Assembly: GCA_002269645.1 (NCBI GenBank)
Contig: NIVC01000575.1
Coordinates: 1-64,000 of the forward strand
From: Macrostomum lignano
Lineage: Eukaryota
Length of the DNA stretch: 64,000 nt
Direction of reading: 5' to 3'
Numbering within the stretch: the stretch's first letter is position 1; each line of letters opens with the position of its first letter. The translations under genes were made by a program, and so were the position numbers. This document shows positions 48,395 through 60,310 of the stretch, one piece after another. A model generated the notes under the pieces. It was not told the origin of the DNA and ran no database searches. It saw only the letters and a program-made list of their open reading frames with translations.

Positions 48395-51000
48395 CATGGA
48401 AGCGTCATGTAAAAAATCATAAAAGCGTTATGTAAAAAATCATAGAAGCGTCATGTAAAAAATCATAAAAGCGTTATGTAAAAATCATAGAAGCGTAATG
48501 TAAACAATCATAAAAGCGTTATGTAAAAATCATAGAAGCGTCATGTAAACAGTCATAGAAGCGTCATGTAAAAATCATAGAAGCGTCATGTAAAAAATCA
48601 TAGAAGCGTCATGTAAACAATCATAGAAGCGTCATGTAAACAATCATAGAAGCGTCATGTAAAAAATCATAGAAGCGTCATGTAAAAAATCATAAAAGCG
48701 TTATGTAAAAATCATAGAAGCATAATGTGAACAATCATAAAAGTGTTATGTAAAAATCATAGAAGTGTCATGTAAACAATCATAGAAGCGTCATGTAAAA
48801 ATCATACAAGCGTCATGTAAAAAATCATAGAAGCGTCATGTAAACAATCATAGAAGCGTCATGTAAACAATCCTAGAAGCGTCATGTAAAAAATCATAAA
48901 AGCGTTATGTAAAAATCATAGAAGCGTCATGTAAACAGTCATAGAAGCGTCATGTAAAAATCATAGAAGCGTCATGTAAACAATCATAGAAGCGTCATGT
49001 AAACAATCATAGAAGCGTCATGTAAAAAATCATAAAAGCGTTATGTAAAAAATCATAGAAGCGTCATGTAAAAAATCTTAGAAGCGTCATGTAAACAATC
49101 ATAGAAGCGTCATGTAAACAATCATAGAAGCGTCATGTAAAAAATCATAGAAGCGTCATGTAAAAAATCATAGAAGCGTCATGTAAAAAATCTTAGAAGC
49201 GTCATGTAAAAATTATAGAAGCGTCATATAAACAATCATAGATGCGTCATGTAAAAAATCTTAAAAGCGTCATGTAAAAATTACAGAAGTGTCATATAAA
49301 CAATCATAGAAGCGTCATGTAAACAATCATAGAAGCGTCATGTAAAAATCATAGAAGCGTCCTGCAGAAATCGTAGAAGTGTCATGAAATAATCATAGAA
49401 GCGTCATGTAAAAAGCATAGAAGCGTCATGTAAAAATTCATTGACGCGTCATATAAACAATCATAGAAGCGTCATGTAAAAAATCTTAGAAGCGTCATGT
49501 AAAAATTATAGAAGCGTCATATAAACAATCATAGAAGCGTCATGTAAACAATCATAGAAGCGTCATGTAAACAATCATAGAAGCGTCATGTAAAAAATCA
49601 TAGAAGCGTCATGAAAAAATCATAGAAGCATCATGTAAACAATCATAGAAGCGTCATGTAAACAATCATAGAAGCATCATGTAAACCATCATAGAAACGT
49701 TGTGTAAACAATCATAGAAGCATCATGTTAACAATCATAGAAGCGTCATGTAAAAAATCATAGAAGCATCACGTAAAAATCATAGAAGCGTCATGTAAAC
49801 AATCATAGAAGCGTCATGTAAAAAATCATAGAAGCGTCATGTAAACATCATAGAAGCGTCATGTAAACAATCATAAAAGCGTCATGTAAAAAATCATAGA
49901 AGCGTCATGTAAACAATCATAGAAGCGTCATGTAAAAAATCATAGAAGCGTCATTTAAAAAATCATAGAAGCGTCATGTAAAAATATAAGCGCCATGTAA
50001 AAACCATAGAAGCGTCATGTAAACAATCATAGAAGCGTCATGTAAAAAATCATAGAAGCGTCATGAAAAAATCATAGAAGCGTCATGTAAACAATCATAG
50101 AAGCGTCATGTAAACAATCATAGAAGCATCATGTAAACCATCATAGAAACGTCGTGTAAACAATCATAGAAGCGTCATGTAAACAATCATAGAAGCGTCA
50201 TGTAAAAAATCATAGAAGCATCACGTAAAAATCATAGAAGCGTCATGTAAACAATCATAGAAGCATCATGTAAAAAATCATAGAAGCGTCATATAAACAT
50301 CATGGAATCATCATGTAAACAATCATAGAAGCGTCATGTAAACAATCATAGAAGTGTCATGAAAAAATCATAGAAGCATCATGTAAACAATCATAGAAGC
50401 GTCGTGTAAACAATCATAAAAAAGCGTTATGTAAAAAATCATAGAAGCGTTGTGTAAAAATCATAAAAAAGCGTTATGTAAAAAATCATAGAAGCGTCAT
50501 GTAAAAAATCGAAGAAGCGTCATATAAAAAGCATAGAAACGTCATATAAACAATCATAGAAGCGTCATATAAAAAATCATAGAAGCGTCATGTAAAAATC
50601 ATAGTAGCGTCATGTAAAAAATCATAGAAGCGTCATGTAAACAATCATAGAAGCGTCATATAAACAATCATAGAAGCGTCATCTAAAAAGCATAGAAGCG
50701 TCATGTAAACAATCATAGAAGCGTCATGGAAAAAGCATAGAAGCGTCATGTAGACAATCATAGAAGCGTCATGTAAAAAATCATAGAAGCGTCATGTAAA
50801 AATCATAGAAGCGTCATGTAAACAATCATGGAAGCGTCATGTAAACAATCATAGAAGCATCATGTAAAAAGCATAGAAGCGTCATATAAACAATCATAGA
50901 AGCGTCATATAAAAAATCATAGAAGCATCATGTAAAAATCATAGAAGCGTCAGGAAAAATCATAGAAGCCTCATTTAAAGACTAATGAAAGTGTCATTTA
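48395..51000. repeat. ~21-bp satellite aatcatagaagcgtcatgtaaa(a/c), >100 copies, 2.6 kb
   Basis: Directly visible tandem array. Confidence 0.97.
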
Positions 51001-51877
51001 AAAAATTAAGAAGCATCATGGTAGAATAAAAGAAGCGTCATGTCAGACATGAAGGTGTCATGTAAAAATTAAATGCAGTTATAATGCTGTGCTGGGGAGA
51101 AAAACTGAGACGTAAAGGCTCTCAGAGAATAACTGAGATTACGGGGGGGGGTGGTTCTGAGATGTCAAAGCAAAAGTCAGAAGCTACTTCAAAGTTCATG
51201 TACTTTACTCAATTTTTTATTGCATTCTTTGTTGGCTCGCCACGGGGGGAGGCGCTGATAGAAGAAGAGTCATGTAAAAAATAAAAGTAGCACTAAGTAT
51301 ACATAAAAGAAAGGTCATGTCGAAGTTAAAAGATTCATTTGGGAATTGCTACGATGTCAAAGCTTGGTGGAAATCGTTATAGTGCTGGTGATTCTTAAAG
51401 AAGGAATCACTAAAATGCCAAGGCTTAGGGGAGAAGAATTGCTGAGATTTCAAGGCTTTAGGTTGGGTTAAAGTTAGGTTTAGGTCAGGTGTGGGTTGAG
51501 GGTTATATTTTATCGGGTTTCAAGGTTAACAGGGGATTTTTTAGATTTCAAGGTTTATGGGGGCCATCGCTGACATGTCAAGGCTTACGGGGGGAATAGC
51601 TGAGATGTCAAGGCTCACTGGGGTATAAATGAGATTTCAAGGCTAAAGCCAGAAGCTACATGTAGTTTATTGAAAACTTTTTATTACATTATTTGATGCC
51701 TCCTCAGGGGAGGGATCGCTGATAAAAAAAGCGTAATGTAAAAAATAAAAGAAGCTTCATGTCGAAGTTAAGAGATTCATTTGGGAATCCCTACGATGTC
51801 GAGGCTTGCAGGGAATCGCAATAATGCTGTAGTAGTGCTATAATGACTCTTAGAGAGAATTACTGAAATTTCAATGC

Positions 51878-51965
51878 TTTAGGGTTAGGGTTAGGGTTAG
51901 GGTTAGGGCTAGGGCTAGGGTTAGGCTAGGGTTAGAGTTAGGGTTAGGTTTTGATTAGGGTTAGA
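51878..51965 (+). repeat. Interstitial telomere-like (TTAGGG)n repeats
   Basis: ttagggttagggttagggttagggttagggctaggg...; degenerate copy at ~51460-51505. Confidence 0.85.
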
Positions 51966-53333
51966 AGGTTGACAGATATTTTTAGATTTTCAAGGCTTAT
52001 TGGGGGCATTGCTGAGATGTCAGGGGGGGGGAGTTGATATGTTAAAGCTTGTGGGGGGAATTACTGACATGTCAAGGCTTACAAGGTTTGACAGGAGATT
52101 TTTTAAGATTTCAAGGATACATGTAGCATATTAAAAAAACGTGTATTGCATTTCTTTGGCTCCCCAACGGGGGGCGTAGATTGCTAGTCTATATCTATAA
52201 TTGCAAAAAATCCTGTAGGGCACTCTGCAACTTGGCCCAAAACTATTTCTATTTACTTGCAGATAAGTTGTTGCATTTACTATTGTGCTATGCAAGATTC
52301 TTAGAGATCTTTTAGTTTCTTATACTAAGAGACTATCTTTCAGAGTGTCCAAGTATCAATAGCTTGTCAACATTTGTTAAACTCTGATTCCCCTTACTGT
52401 AACATGTAATTGGAAACAATAAAGATCTTTATATGCACCAATAGTTCTATAGAACCTAAAAATTAGGTTCTATAGAATATGGGAAAAATCAGGGAAATTC
52501 CTGTTCTTATAAGCATATCCATATCTGTAACTTGGAGGCCAAAATCAATGTGTCCAAAACTCCTTATATCTATATCCATAGCTATATGGCGGAACTTATT
52601 TTTTCCTCTCCTTTGCTTTTCTCTTTTCTCTTTATTCTTTTTCTTTTTCCTTTCTCCTTTTCTCTCTGCTTTCCCCTCTTTTCTCTCCTTCTTATCTTTC
52701 ACCTCTCTCCTTCTCTCCTCTCTTTGTCAGTGGCATCAAAAACTCTGCTGCTTGACTATGCAGATCAATCCCAAGGACTTAAGAGCTCCTGTACCATTTG
52801 AAGTAGAAAATTAATCTGAACTTAAGCCCCCACTATCCCAACTTCAACATGCATATGGCATAAAAAATCTCTATTGCTTGAGTTACCAACCCTAGAGACT
52901 TAAAAAGCTTGTTTCACAAAAGCTTTGAAATTGGTAGCAGTCATTCATTTCTAAGAAAATTCTATTGCTCTACCCATAGCCATCAAATCAATGGTCCCTT
53001 GGTATTTCAAGTCTCAAGTCTTCCAAGTTATTGAGTAGCCTAGATATAGAAAATATGTGTTCTTATAACCATATATATGTCTGTATATTCTGTTTAAATA
53101 CCTCCATATCCATAATTCTATAGCTATATCTGTAGCTACAGTGGAACTCTAATTTTTCAATTTGAAAATGCCACTCATAAATTTATATTTTGACTTGTTA
53201 GATTTTTTGTCCATATGACTATGTTTTCCTTCTTTAAATGTGAAAATTAAAGGCATAAATAAAGCCACTTTGAGCATATATTTATTGTCAATTTATTTCA
53301 TTTAATTTTAGCACTTTAGCATCAAGCTGAAGA

Positions 53334-54120
53334 ATGTCATCGGTGAATTTCAAGAAATCGGATGCCTATCAAGACAAAAAGTCAAAATTTCTGACTGCCA
53401 AATATGACAAGCAGACAATGTCACTTATAAAGCAACGATTAGCAGTTGAAGACTTTGTATATGATGAGTTGCGGGTTTTATTCAATTGTCAGGTAAGTAG
53501 AGTTAATTTTATAAGTGTTTGTCTTAATAAGCTCATAATCCTCACACTGAGTTTTGGCATACAGTTGTAAATTAAAAAGAGATATTATATAGCAATACTA
53601 TGTGATTGGTACTGCCATAATAATCTAATTTAACTTCTAGCTGTGGGCAATGTTGCTGATGTGAATTATTGTGCCTTGGGACTTGCAAAGTTCTAGATCT
53701 TCTGATGTATTGTTTTTACTCTAATCTCGACAAGGTCTCAAGCCATAGTGTTAACTAATTAAAGTAATAAGTAATGAAATACAGTGGTTGATGTTTCTCC
53801 GCAGAACGATGAAGATGATCACGACTGCGACATCGATTTGGACGAGCTGCTCGACCTTGACACAGACCAGGAACGGGACGCGTGTCTTCGTGTAGGTCGT
53901 TGCTTACATAGATTATACTTATCAGCTACTGTTAGTAGATTAAACGCGTTTGCAAAGCAGAAAAATTTGCGCTCGTTTTAAAACTGCGAATTGTTACTTT
54001 GCATTTATTTTTTTTAAATGCCTTCTTCGTTTCCAGGAAAAACTGCAGTCGGCCAAGGCGCCCCAGTCGCAGGTGCGCCGCTTCATAGATGAATTGCTGC
54101 GGAGGCTGCAAGCTTTATAG
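53334..54120 (+). CDS. PPP1R14: Protein phosphatase 1 inhibitor, PPP1R14 (CPI-17/PHI-1) family, 109 aa. Exons 53334-53492, 53805-53891, 54037-54120.
   Basis: KFLTAKYD (phospho-Thr motif, cf. RVTVKYD), RLAVE..LRVLFNC, DIDLDELLDL..ER, FIDELLRRLQAL; two phase-0 GT-AG introns. Confidence 0.92.
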
Positions 54121-54551
54121 TCAGTGCTATCATTGCAGCGGACCTGTGCTGCTTATCATTTCTAACTTCTTTTATTTTGACTTTTGCTTTTGTTAGTCCT
54201 GTGCTGTGCCATCTGCTGTCTGTATTTGTGTCCTTATAGCCGTGAATTTTTGCATGTTGCTCTATTTGTGCCTTCTCTTTTTGTTTCCCTGCAAAGTTTT
54301 TTTGCCGTTCGAACAGCAGTGTAAAGAATTTTTTTGTGTCTCGGATCTATTTTCATTAAATAAGTATCTAGCAAATTAGTTTTGATAATTTTACACTGAT
54401 ACGGTTTTAGGAAATCAGAGTAACTTTTAAGTTAGTAATCGATATTCAAGTAATTATGTACATATGCATCTTTTATGTGGCTCACATTTCCCTGTTGTTG
54501 TTTTATTTTTTTACTTCAAACCGAGTATAAAAATCTAGATTTTAATGCATC

Positions 54552-55215
54552 TCATAGGTGAGATTCAGCTATCTCATAGGTAAGATTCAGCTATTTCATA
54601 GGTGAAATTCAGCTATCTCATAAGTGAGATTCAGCTATCTCATAGGTGAGATTCAGCTATCTCATAGGTGAGATTCAGCTATCTCATAGGTGAGATTCAG
54701 CTATCTCATAGGTGAGATTCAGCTATCTCATAGGTGAGATTCAGCTATCTCATAGCTCACATTCAGCTATCCCATATTTGAGATTCAGCTATCTCATAGG
54801 TGAAATTCAGCTATCTCATAAGTGAGATTCAGCTGTCCCATATTTGAGATTCAGCTATCTCATAGGTGAGATTCAGCTATCCCATATTTGAGATTCAACT
54901 ATCTCATAGGTGAGATTCAGCTATCTCATAGGTGAGATTCAGCTGTCCCATATTTGAGATTCAGCTATCTCATAGGTGAGATTCAGCTATCCCATATTTG
55001 AGATTCAGCTATCTCATAGGTGAGATTCAGCTATCTCATAGGTGAGATTCAGCTATCTCATAGCTCACATTCAGCTATCCCATATTTGAGATTCAGCTAT
55101 CTCATAGGTGAGATTCAGCTATCTCATAAGTGAGATTCAGCTATCTCATAGGTGAGATTCAGCTATCTCATAGGTGAGATTCAGCTATCTCATAGGTGAG
55201 ATTCAGCTATCTCAG
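54552..55215. repeat. 21-bp minisatellite ataggtgagattcagctatctc, ~31 copies, with cccatatt variant
   Basis: Directly visible. Confidence 0.95.
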
Positions 55216-56364
55216 ACACACACGTCCTGTTTTTCTGTGATAGAAGAAAATTATTTGATAATTGTTGTCACTCCTATGGCTAAGAAGCTGACAACGTATC
55301 AGATAAATACTTGTTAGAAAGTTTAGAAAATTTTGTTGAAGTGCCTTCTCTGCAAAAATTTATACCGTTTTTACATGTTTTCAAGCTAATTTACTGTATT
55401 TTTGCAAGCTTCCAGCTCACTGCTTACCAACATTTAGAAATTACATTTTCTTGTTAGAATGCATTGACCTGTTAGAATGCATTGACCTGTCGATTTTTTT
55501 CAATTTTAGCTGGTGCTAACCACCCACACTGAATCCATGTTTAGGCCTTTGCATCGAAAATACAATTTAACCATTTGTCTTTTTGAAGAAGCTTTAGCAA
55601 ATTTCAATAATTACTACTGACACTGACGCTTAGCTTCTAGTACTGAATGCAGACAGTTATATTGACTAATGTGTACTCTGCATATTTTATACGTACTATT
55701 ATTTATTATAAGCACAGGTATGCATATTCATACTAGAATTATGCAACAATAAATGTGCATCACAACGACCCCCGTAGTGAAGGTCGTTAAATTTGCACTC
55801 GTGAAGTTGCACTCAGATTTCACTGCCCGATTGTAGTAAAATACATTTTAATCATGCCTTCTTGTCTGAGTTTTTTGCCTTCTACCTAGCTGTGGTCGAA
55901 TGGCTGGAGTGTCCATGGTTATGTCTACCCACAATCCTCCAATGTGATTAATTGGCCCTTCCCCTTTCAAAATGTTTTACTTTAAGTTGTAAATTTAGGA
56001 TCACATTCCCGCATCACAATGTTAGGTCGCACACAAAAATGCAACTTTTGTCTGCTTTCCAATACCGCATGTAGAAATTTCTCAGCTTTAGAATGACCCT
56101 TACTTGTTATACAGACAAATCTGTGTACTCACAGACACTACTCCGTAGTAGAATAACTAGATGTCTTTCAAAGTTGTCTAAACAGTGTAGCGTCTAATTG
56201 TAGTTTCGCTGTGCAGTGTCACTTAAATTTAATGTGACAGCTAAAAAAATTCCTTTCCTTCGGGGTTTGCGGCCTCGGGAGCATATGGGTTTAGGAATGA
56301 ACAGTAAGCATCGAGAACAACTCGATGTACACAAATACTGAAGTAAATGCAAGACAGACAAAAC

Positions 56365-56590
56365 CAGACCCAATTTAGGTCAGCCAATGAGAGAGCAGTA
56401 AGGATAGAGGGCAAAGTCAGACGGACGAAACTCAGCCTAGGGGGACAGGCCCAATGTTGGTCAGCCAATGAGAGAGCAGTAAGGGTAGAGGGCAAAGTCA
56501 GACGGCGAAACTCAGCCTAGGGGTGGGGGGCAGCCCAATGTAGGTCAGCCAATGAGAGAGCAGCAGTAAGGAGAGATCGAAGTCAGACAC
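56365..56590. repeat. Three ~78-bp tandem units, each containing gtcagccaatgagagagcag
   Basis: Copies near 56379, 56460 and 56543. Confidence 0.8.
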
Positions 56591-56592
56591 AA

Positions 56593-56709
56593 GGGGCCCG
56601 TTCTATAAAGCCATCGTAAGATAAGATCGTTCTTAGCTCCCATCTCCGTAGTGTAAAAGTTCCGACGTACGATCGAACTTACGCTACGACAGCTTTATAG
56701 TACGACCCC
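56593..56709. mobile_element. Short inverted-repeat element, possible PIF/Harbinger-like MITE
   Basis: ggggcccgttctataaagc versus gctttatagtacgacccc; no clean TSD. Confidence 0.45.
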
Positions 56710-57973
56710 AAGGTCAATAGCTCGTAAAGGACAGAAACGCGATTTTGCATTTTGTAAGTGACATAGCTCGTATTTTGTTATTCTTGTATCTGAGGCTTAT
56801 ATACACTTTACGGCACTGCTCACTTCATTCTCTCCATGTCTGGTATAAAATAAACTGAAGAGTCTCGTTAAATAATCTGGGGCTCTTTGTCGACTTGATT
56901 CCAGGCTGCAAGAAACTGTAGCAAGTCCTTGTACGCCTTAATCTTAAACTGTAGAAAGTTAATTGGCCCCATTACCATTTTTCCCAACAGGTCTAAAGTC
57001 AATTTTGTTAATTGGCTTGCAATTTGACTTACCCTAAATATTCTGCCTCGCGTCAATCGCAATTTCCCGTTCAAACTTCAAACCCTTTTTTATGGTGAGC
57101 CGCTGGCTCAGCGGCTCCAGCTCGCTTGCACAGTTAATCGACCAATACTGCGCGTAGCAATTGGCAGCTCTGCTGCTATTCTTGTAACCCTTGGGTCTCG
57201 CGATCGACTAAGTCGTGAGAAGAAGCCATTAAGCTACGATGTACTTTGGTTAGCTATCATCAGTTTTAGCTAAGCTCGATGCGCTTCCCAGCTATAGGAA
57301 ATCAAGCACCAATAAGGAAAAGCCAGGCAAGATTGACAAGCGGTAGCGACTGCCTGCGGAGAGCTCAGAGTTTAACTGAGCTCATCAATTATTCAGGTCA
57401 AAGACTCCGATGTAATAAGACGAGCATATGCGAGTTAGACTGATGAAGTGAAGTGGGCGGGGAGGCTGAGACTCCGGCTCTAAAAACTGTATAGTTAAAT
57501 CATCAGCGGAGTAGCTGCAGGCGCAAAGTTTAACGGATTATAGTTGTACTACTGATGGGACAAGCGACCGCGTACTTTCAGGTAAATTTACGAGGTAGAC
57601 GTGTCCAAGCAAAAGCACGTGTGGCTTTAGAAGAAGCATGCAGTGCGACATTAAGTAGAGTAGTGCATCGGTAATGGCACAGCATCACAATTATCATATG
57701 CGCTTATATGGATAGGTATTATACTTTTATGACTGGTTCACTAATAGTTCATCTACGTTAGATTGTGAAATCTAAAGACTGAATCTTGACAACAAAAAAG
57801 AGTCAACATCTCAAATAAAATTACTTTTTAGGTACAACCAATAAGAAGAAGTAAATTTGCGAATAGCCGGCCTTACGAGTAAATTCCAACAAGTATTATA
57901 GAAAACGAGCGTAGCTTCCAAAGAAAGTTCCAGCAGACAAACTCGGCTGTTTATGTGAACACTTCGAAGCTTC

Positions 57974-59560
57974 TTAGATAGCGGCGACCAGACGCAGGGC
58001 CATCTCCAGAAACTCGCACACAGTCAGCACTGACATGCCCAGCCAGAGACCCATTATGGAGCCAAAGTCGGAGCACAACGCGTCAACACTGTAGGTCTTG
58101 GACTCCGTGACCTTCATTGACTTGGACACCTCGGGCAGGATCTCGAACTGCGTAACAGTCTGGGCTAGCGGCGGGTTCTCTACCAGCGGGTCGTAGTAAA
58201 ACACCACGTCGTTGATGTTCACCAGCGAGCTGAAGTTCGCCGCCGCCCTAGCCGCCTGGTAGGCCGGGGCTAGGTTCTGGTTGAAGGTGAGCAGCGCAAA
58301 GTCCCGTCCGGTGGTTTCGTCGGCGAAGTCGTAGCTGCTGACGCTGCCCTCGATGAGAGCCCTGTCGCAGTAGGCCGTGCACTGGCAGGGCAGCCGGCTG
58401 GTGCGGCTGGCCAGCAGCCAGCGCCGGTGGCAGCGCCACCTCTGCCGCATGCCGGCCAGTTCTGCTTCGCTCGGCGTGGCATTGATGAAGCGCTCAGCCT
58501 CCCTATGGCAGCCGGGCAGGTTGCGGGCTGACTGGGCGGCGGTGATCAGAAGCAGCTCGCTCGTACAGTTGCAGTCAGCCTGGATGCTGTCCTGCAGGCA
58601 GGCTTCCTCGCAGTCGTTCTCCGTTTCCAGATAAGTGGCAGTGGCCTGCGTCCCCGGTGTCACCACCGTGATGCTGCCGCGCTCCTTCTGGCAGGGATTG
58701 CTCGGCGTCTGCATCGCCTGGTAGACTCCGGTGGACATGCGCATGACGAAGTACTCGGAATTGTGGCTGTTGAATGTATTCTCCACAAAGCTTGGCATGG
58801 TGCCACGCTCGTGCACTGTGACCGTCATGCCCTGGAACAGGGCCATCTTGCGCGATTGGTAGCGCGCCGACAGAGTGGAGTCGTCTGTCCGGGAGATGCC
58901 GACTACACCGAGGCCGCGGACCAGGCTGCCCGGCGACTCGCGCTGCAGGCTGTCAGGGGCGCTGAAGGTGGCGCAGCCGAGACGGCGCGGATCCACGTAG
59001 CCGGTGAAGTTGCGCAGGTCGCACGGGTAGCCAAAGAACTGGCACATCATGACCATCTCGGGAGGCAGGTAGATCGCCGACTCCCTGATCAGGCGGGCAT
59101 GCAGAGTCAGCAGCGGGTAGTCCATGTAGTCGGTAGCGTTCAAGGTGATTTGCTGCCACACCGGCTCCAGGAGGCTGGCCACCTCGCTGAGGCTGCGGTT
59201 GCCGAGGTCAGGCACGTAGGTGTTTCTCATCTTGACATCGCTGACGGGACTGCTAGGGCAGAAGGTCACGTCGGGAAACTTGAAATCTTCAGGGGCTTCG
59301 TTTCTCGACGAGGTCACGGGCACATCGGAAAAGCGCATCACCAGGAAGCTGAGATGGACGATGAACCCGACGTTGGCCAGGATGAGCACAATCAGCCAGA
59401 AGGTCTTGCGTCGGGTGGAGCCGCTATTGAACTTGCTGAATCCGTGCGCGGTGGTGGTTTCAACGAAGTTGTACCAGGCCTGTCTGCGGCTTTGGCTGCT
59501 GACATTCGCTGGCTGGACGGCCCGTCCGCCGGCAGAGTTCGCGCCCGTCAGTTCCGGCAT
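57974..59560 (-). CDS. DEG/ENaC (ASIC/FaNaC-like) cation channel subunit, intronless, ~528 aa from the first ATG
   Basis: TTAHG (HG motif), TM1 FWLIVLILANVGFIV, FPDVTFC, CQFFGYPC, GCATF, Cys-rich thumb, TM2 SDFGSIMGLWLGMSVLTVCEFLE. Confidence 0.93.
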   Translation of the reverse strand: MPELTGANSAGGRAVQPANVSSQSRRQAWYNFVETTTAHGFSKFNSGSTRRKTFWLIVLILANVGFIVHLSFLVMRFSDVPVTSSRNEAPEDFKFPDVTFCPSSPVSDVKMRNTYVPDLGNRSLSEVASLLEPVWQQITLNATDYMDYPLLTLHARLIRESAIYLPPEMVMMCQFFGYPCDLRNFTGYVDPRRLGCATFSAPDSLQRESPGSLVRGLGVVGISRTDDSTLSARYQSRKMALFQGMTVTVHERGTMPSFVENTFNSHNSEYFVMRMSTGVYQAMQTPSNPCQKERGSITVVTPGTQATATYLETENDCEEACLQDSIQADCNCTSELLLITAAQSARNLPGCHREAERFINATPSEAELAGMRQRWRCHRRWLLASRTSRLPCQCTAYCDRALIEGSVSSYDFADETTGRDFALLTFNQNLAPAYQAARAAANFSSLVNINDVVFYYDPLVENPPLAQTVTQFEILPEVSKSMKVTESKTYSVDALCSDFGSIMGLWLGMSVLTVCEFLEMALRLVAAI

Positions 59561-59963
59561 GTCGATTAGCTGCTGCTTCTCAGTATTCTCAGGCTCTCGA
59601 AACCTTCTGTGCTGACGTATTTTTGTACTGCTTCTTCTGTCTGGCAAGCCAGTAGCAATGGAGGCTGATTGGACGACTCGAAAAGGTCTCAGGTCTTATA
59701 CTCTAATCCCAAACGGGTTGGCGCCAGTGGCTCCCCAATCCGTCTCTGGATGCTTTAGTCAGGAATAATTCAGAAAGCAGGTGGAACTTTTCTCCTGGGT
59801 GTGTAATTGATTCCTCCGATTCGGCTCCAAATTCCACTCTCCATCGATCCATGCACGCCCTGTTTTTGAGCGTGATTAAGCCCAAGCCCGGCTGCTTGTT
59901 TGCCCAGCAGTTGAGCCGCTGCCAGCTGGCCTGTCAATCAAAGCTTCAATCATGGCCCGCTGC

Positions 59964-59977
59964 GTTGCCATGCCAAC
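59964..59977. promoter_or_regulatory. Candidate RFX X-box upstream of the DEG/ENaC gene
   Basis: GTTGCCATGCCAAC is a 13/14 match to the palindromic X-box GTTGCCATGGCAAC, ~400 bp upstream of the ATG. Confidence 0.55.
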
Positions 59978-60310
59978 CAAGACGTCCGCAATAAGCGATT
60001 GTTCTTTGAGAAGCAGAGCTCCTCACTTGATTGCTTTTTGTCACAATCAGATTTTGAGCAATAATAATATCCTGCAAATCAGCTGGCCCTCAGCTTGGGA
60101 ATTTCCCACGCGGGTCGCTCCAAGACCGCTTATTGGCAGTAGCCGCGTCTCCTTGGCGACCTTCGCATTAACTCGATTATTTCCGTACCGTTAAACTTTT
60201 TGTTGCAAAAGCAACTAACAGCTTCTGAATTTCTGATGCGCAAGAACTGAGAGCTAAGCATTTATGCGCTCCTTTGAACTGGCCGCCACTGGCCTTGGAC
60301 TGCGCCAATT

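Larger units (their letters stand above)
47813..52187 (+). mobile_element. Non-autonomous Helitron (~4.4 kb) containing a satellite array and telomeric repeats
   Basis: A|TCCAATATACTAAAA 5' end followed by (tgtt)n and ctggaccgatttt, typical of small animal Helitrons; 3' hairpin ccccaacgggggg then CTAG|T; no TSD; rejoined flanks restore a (tctata)n target. Confidence 0.78.

Noticed and set aside
48395-51000. CRISPR-like appearance of the regular short repeats (also 54552-55215 and 61735-62670)
   Set aside because: Units are contiguous with no unique spacers, there are no cas genes, and the context is eukaryotic
57097-57117. Perfect 9-bp hairpin gagccgctg-gct-cagcggctc containing an A-box-like tggctcagcgg
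   Set aside because: No convincing B box or cloverleaf downstream and no second copy; cannot be supported as a tRNA or SINE
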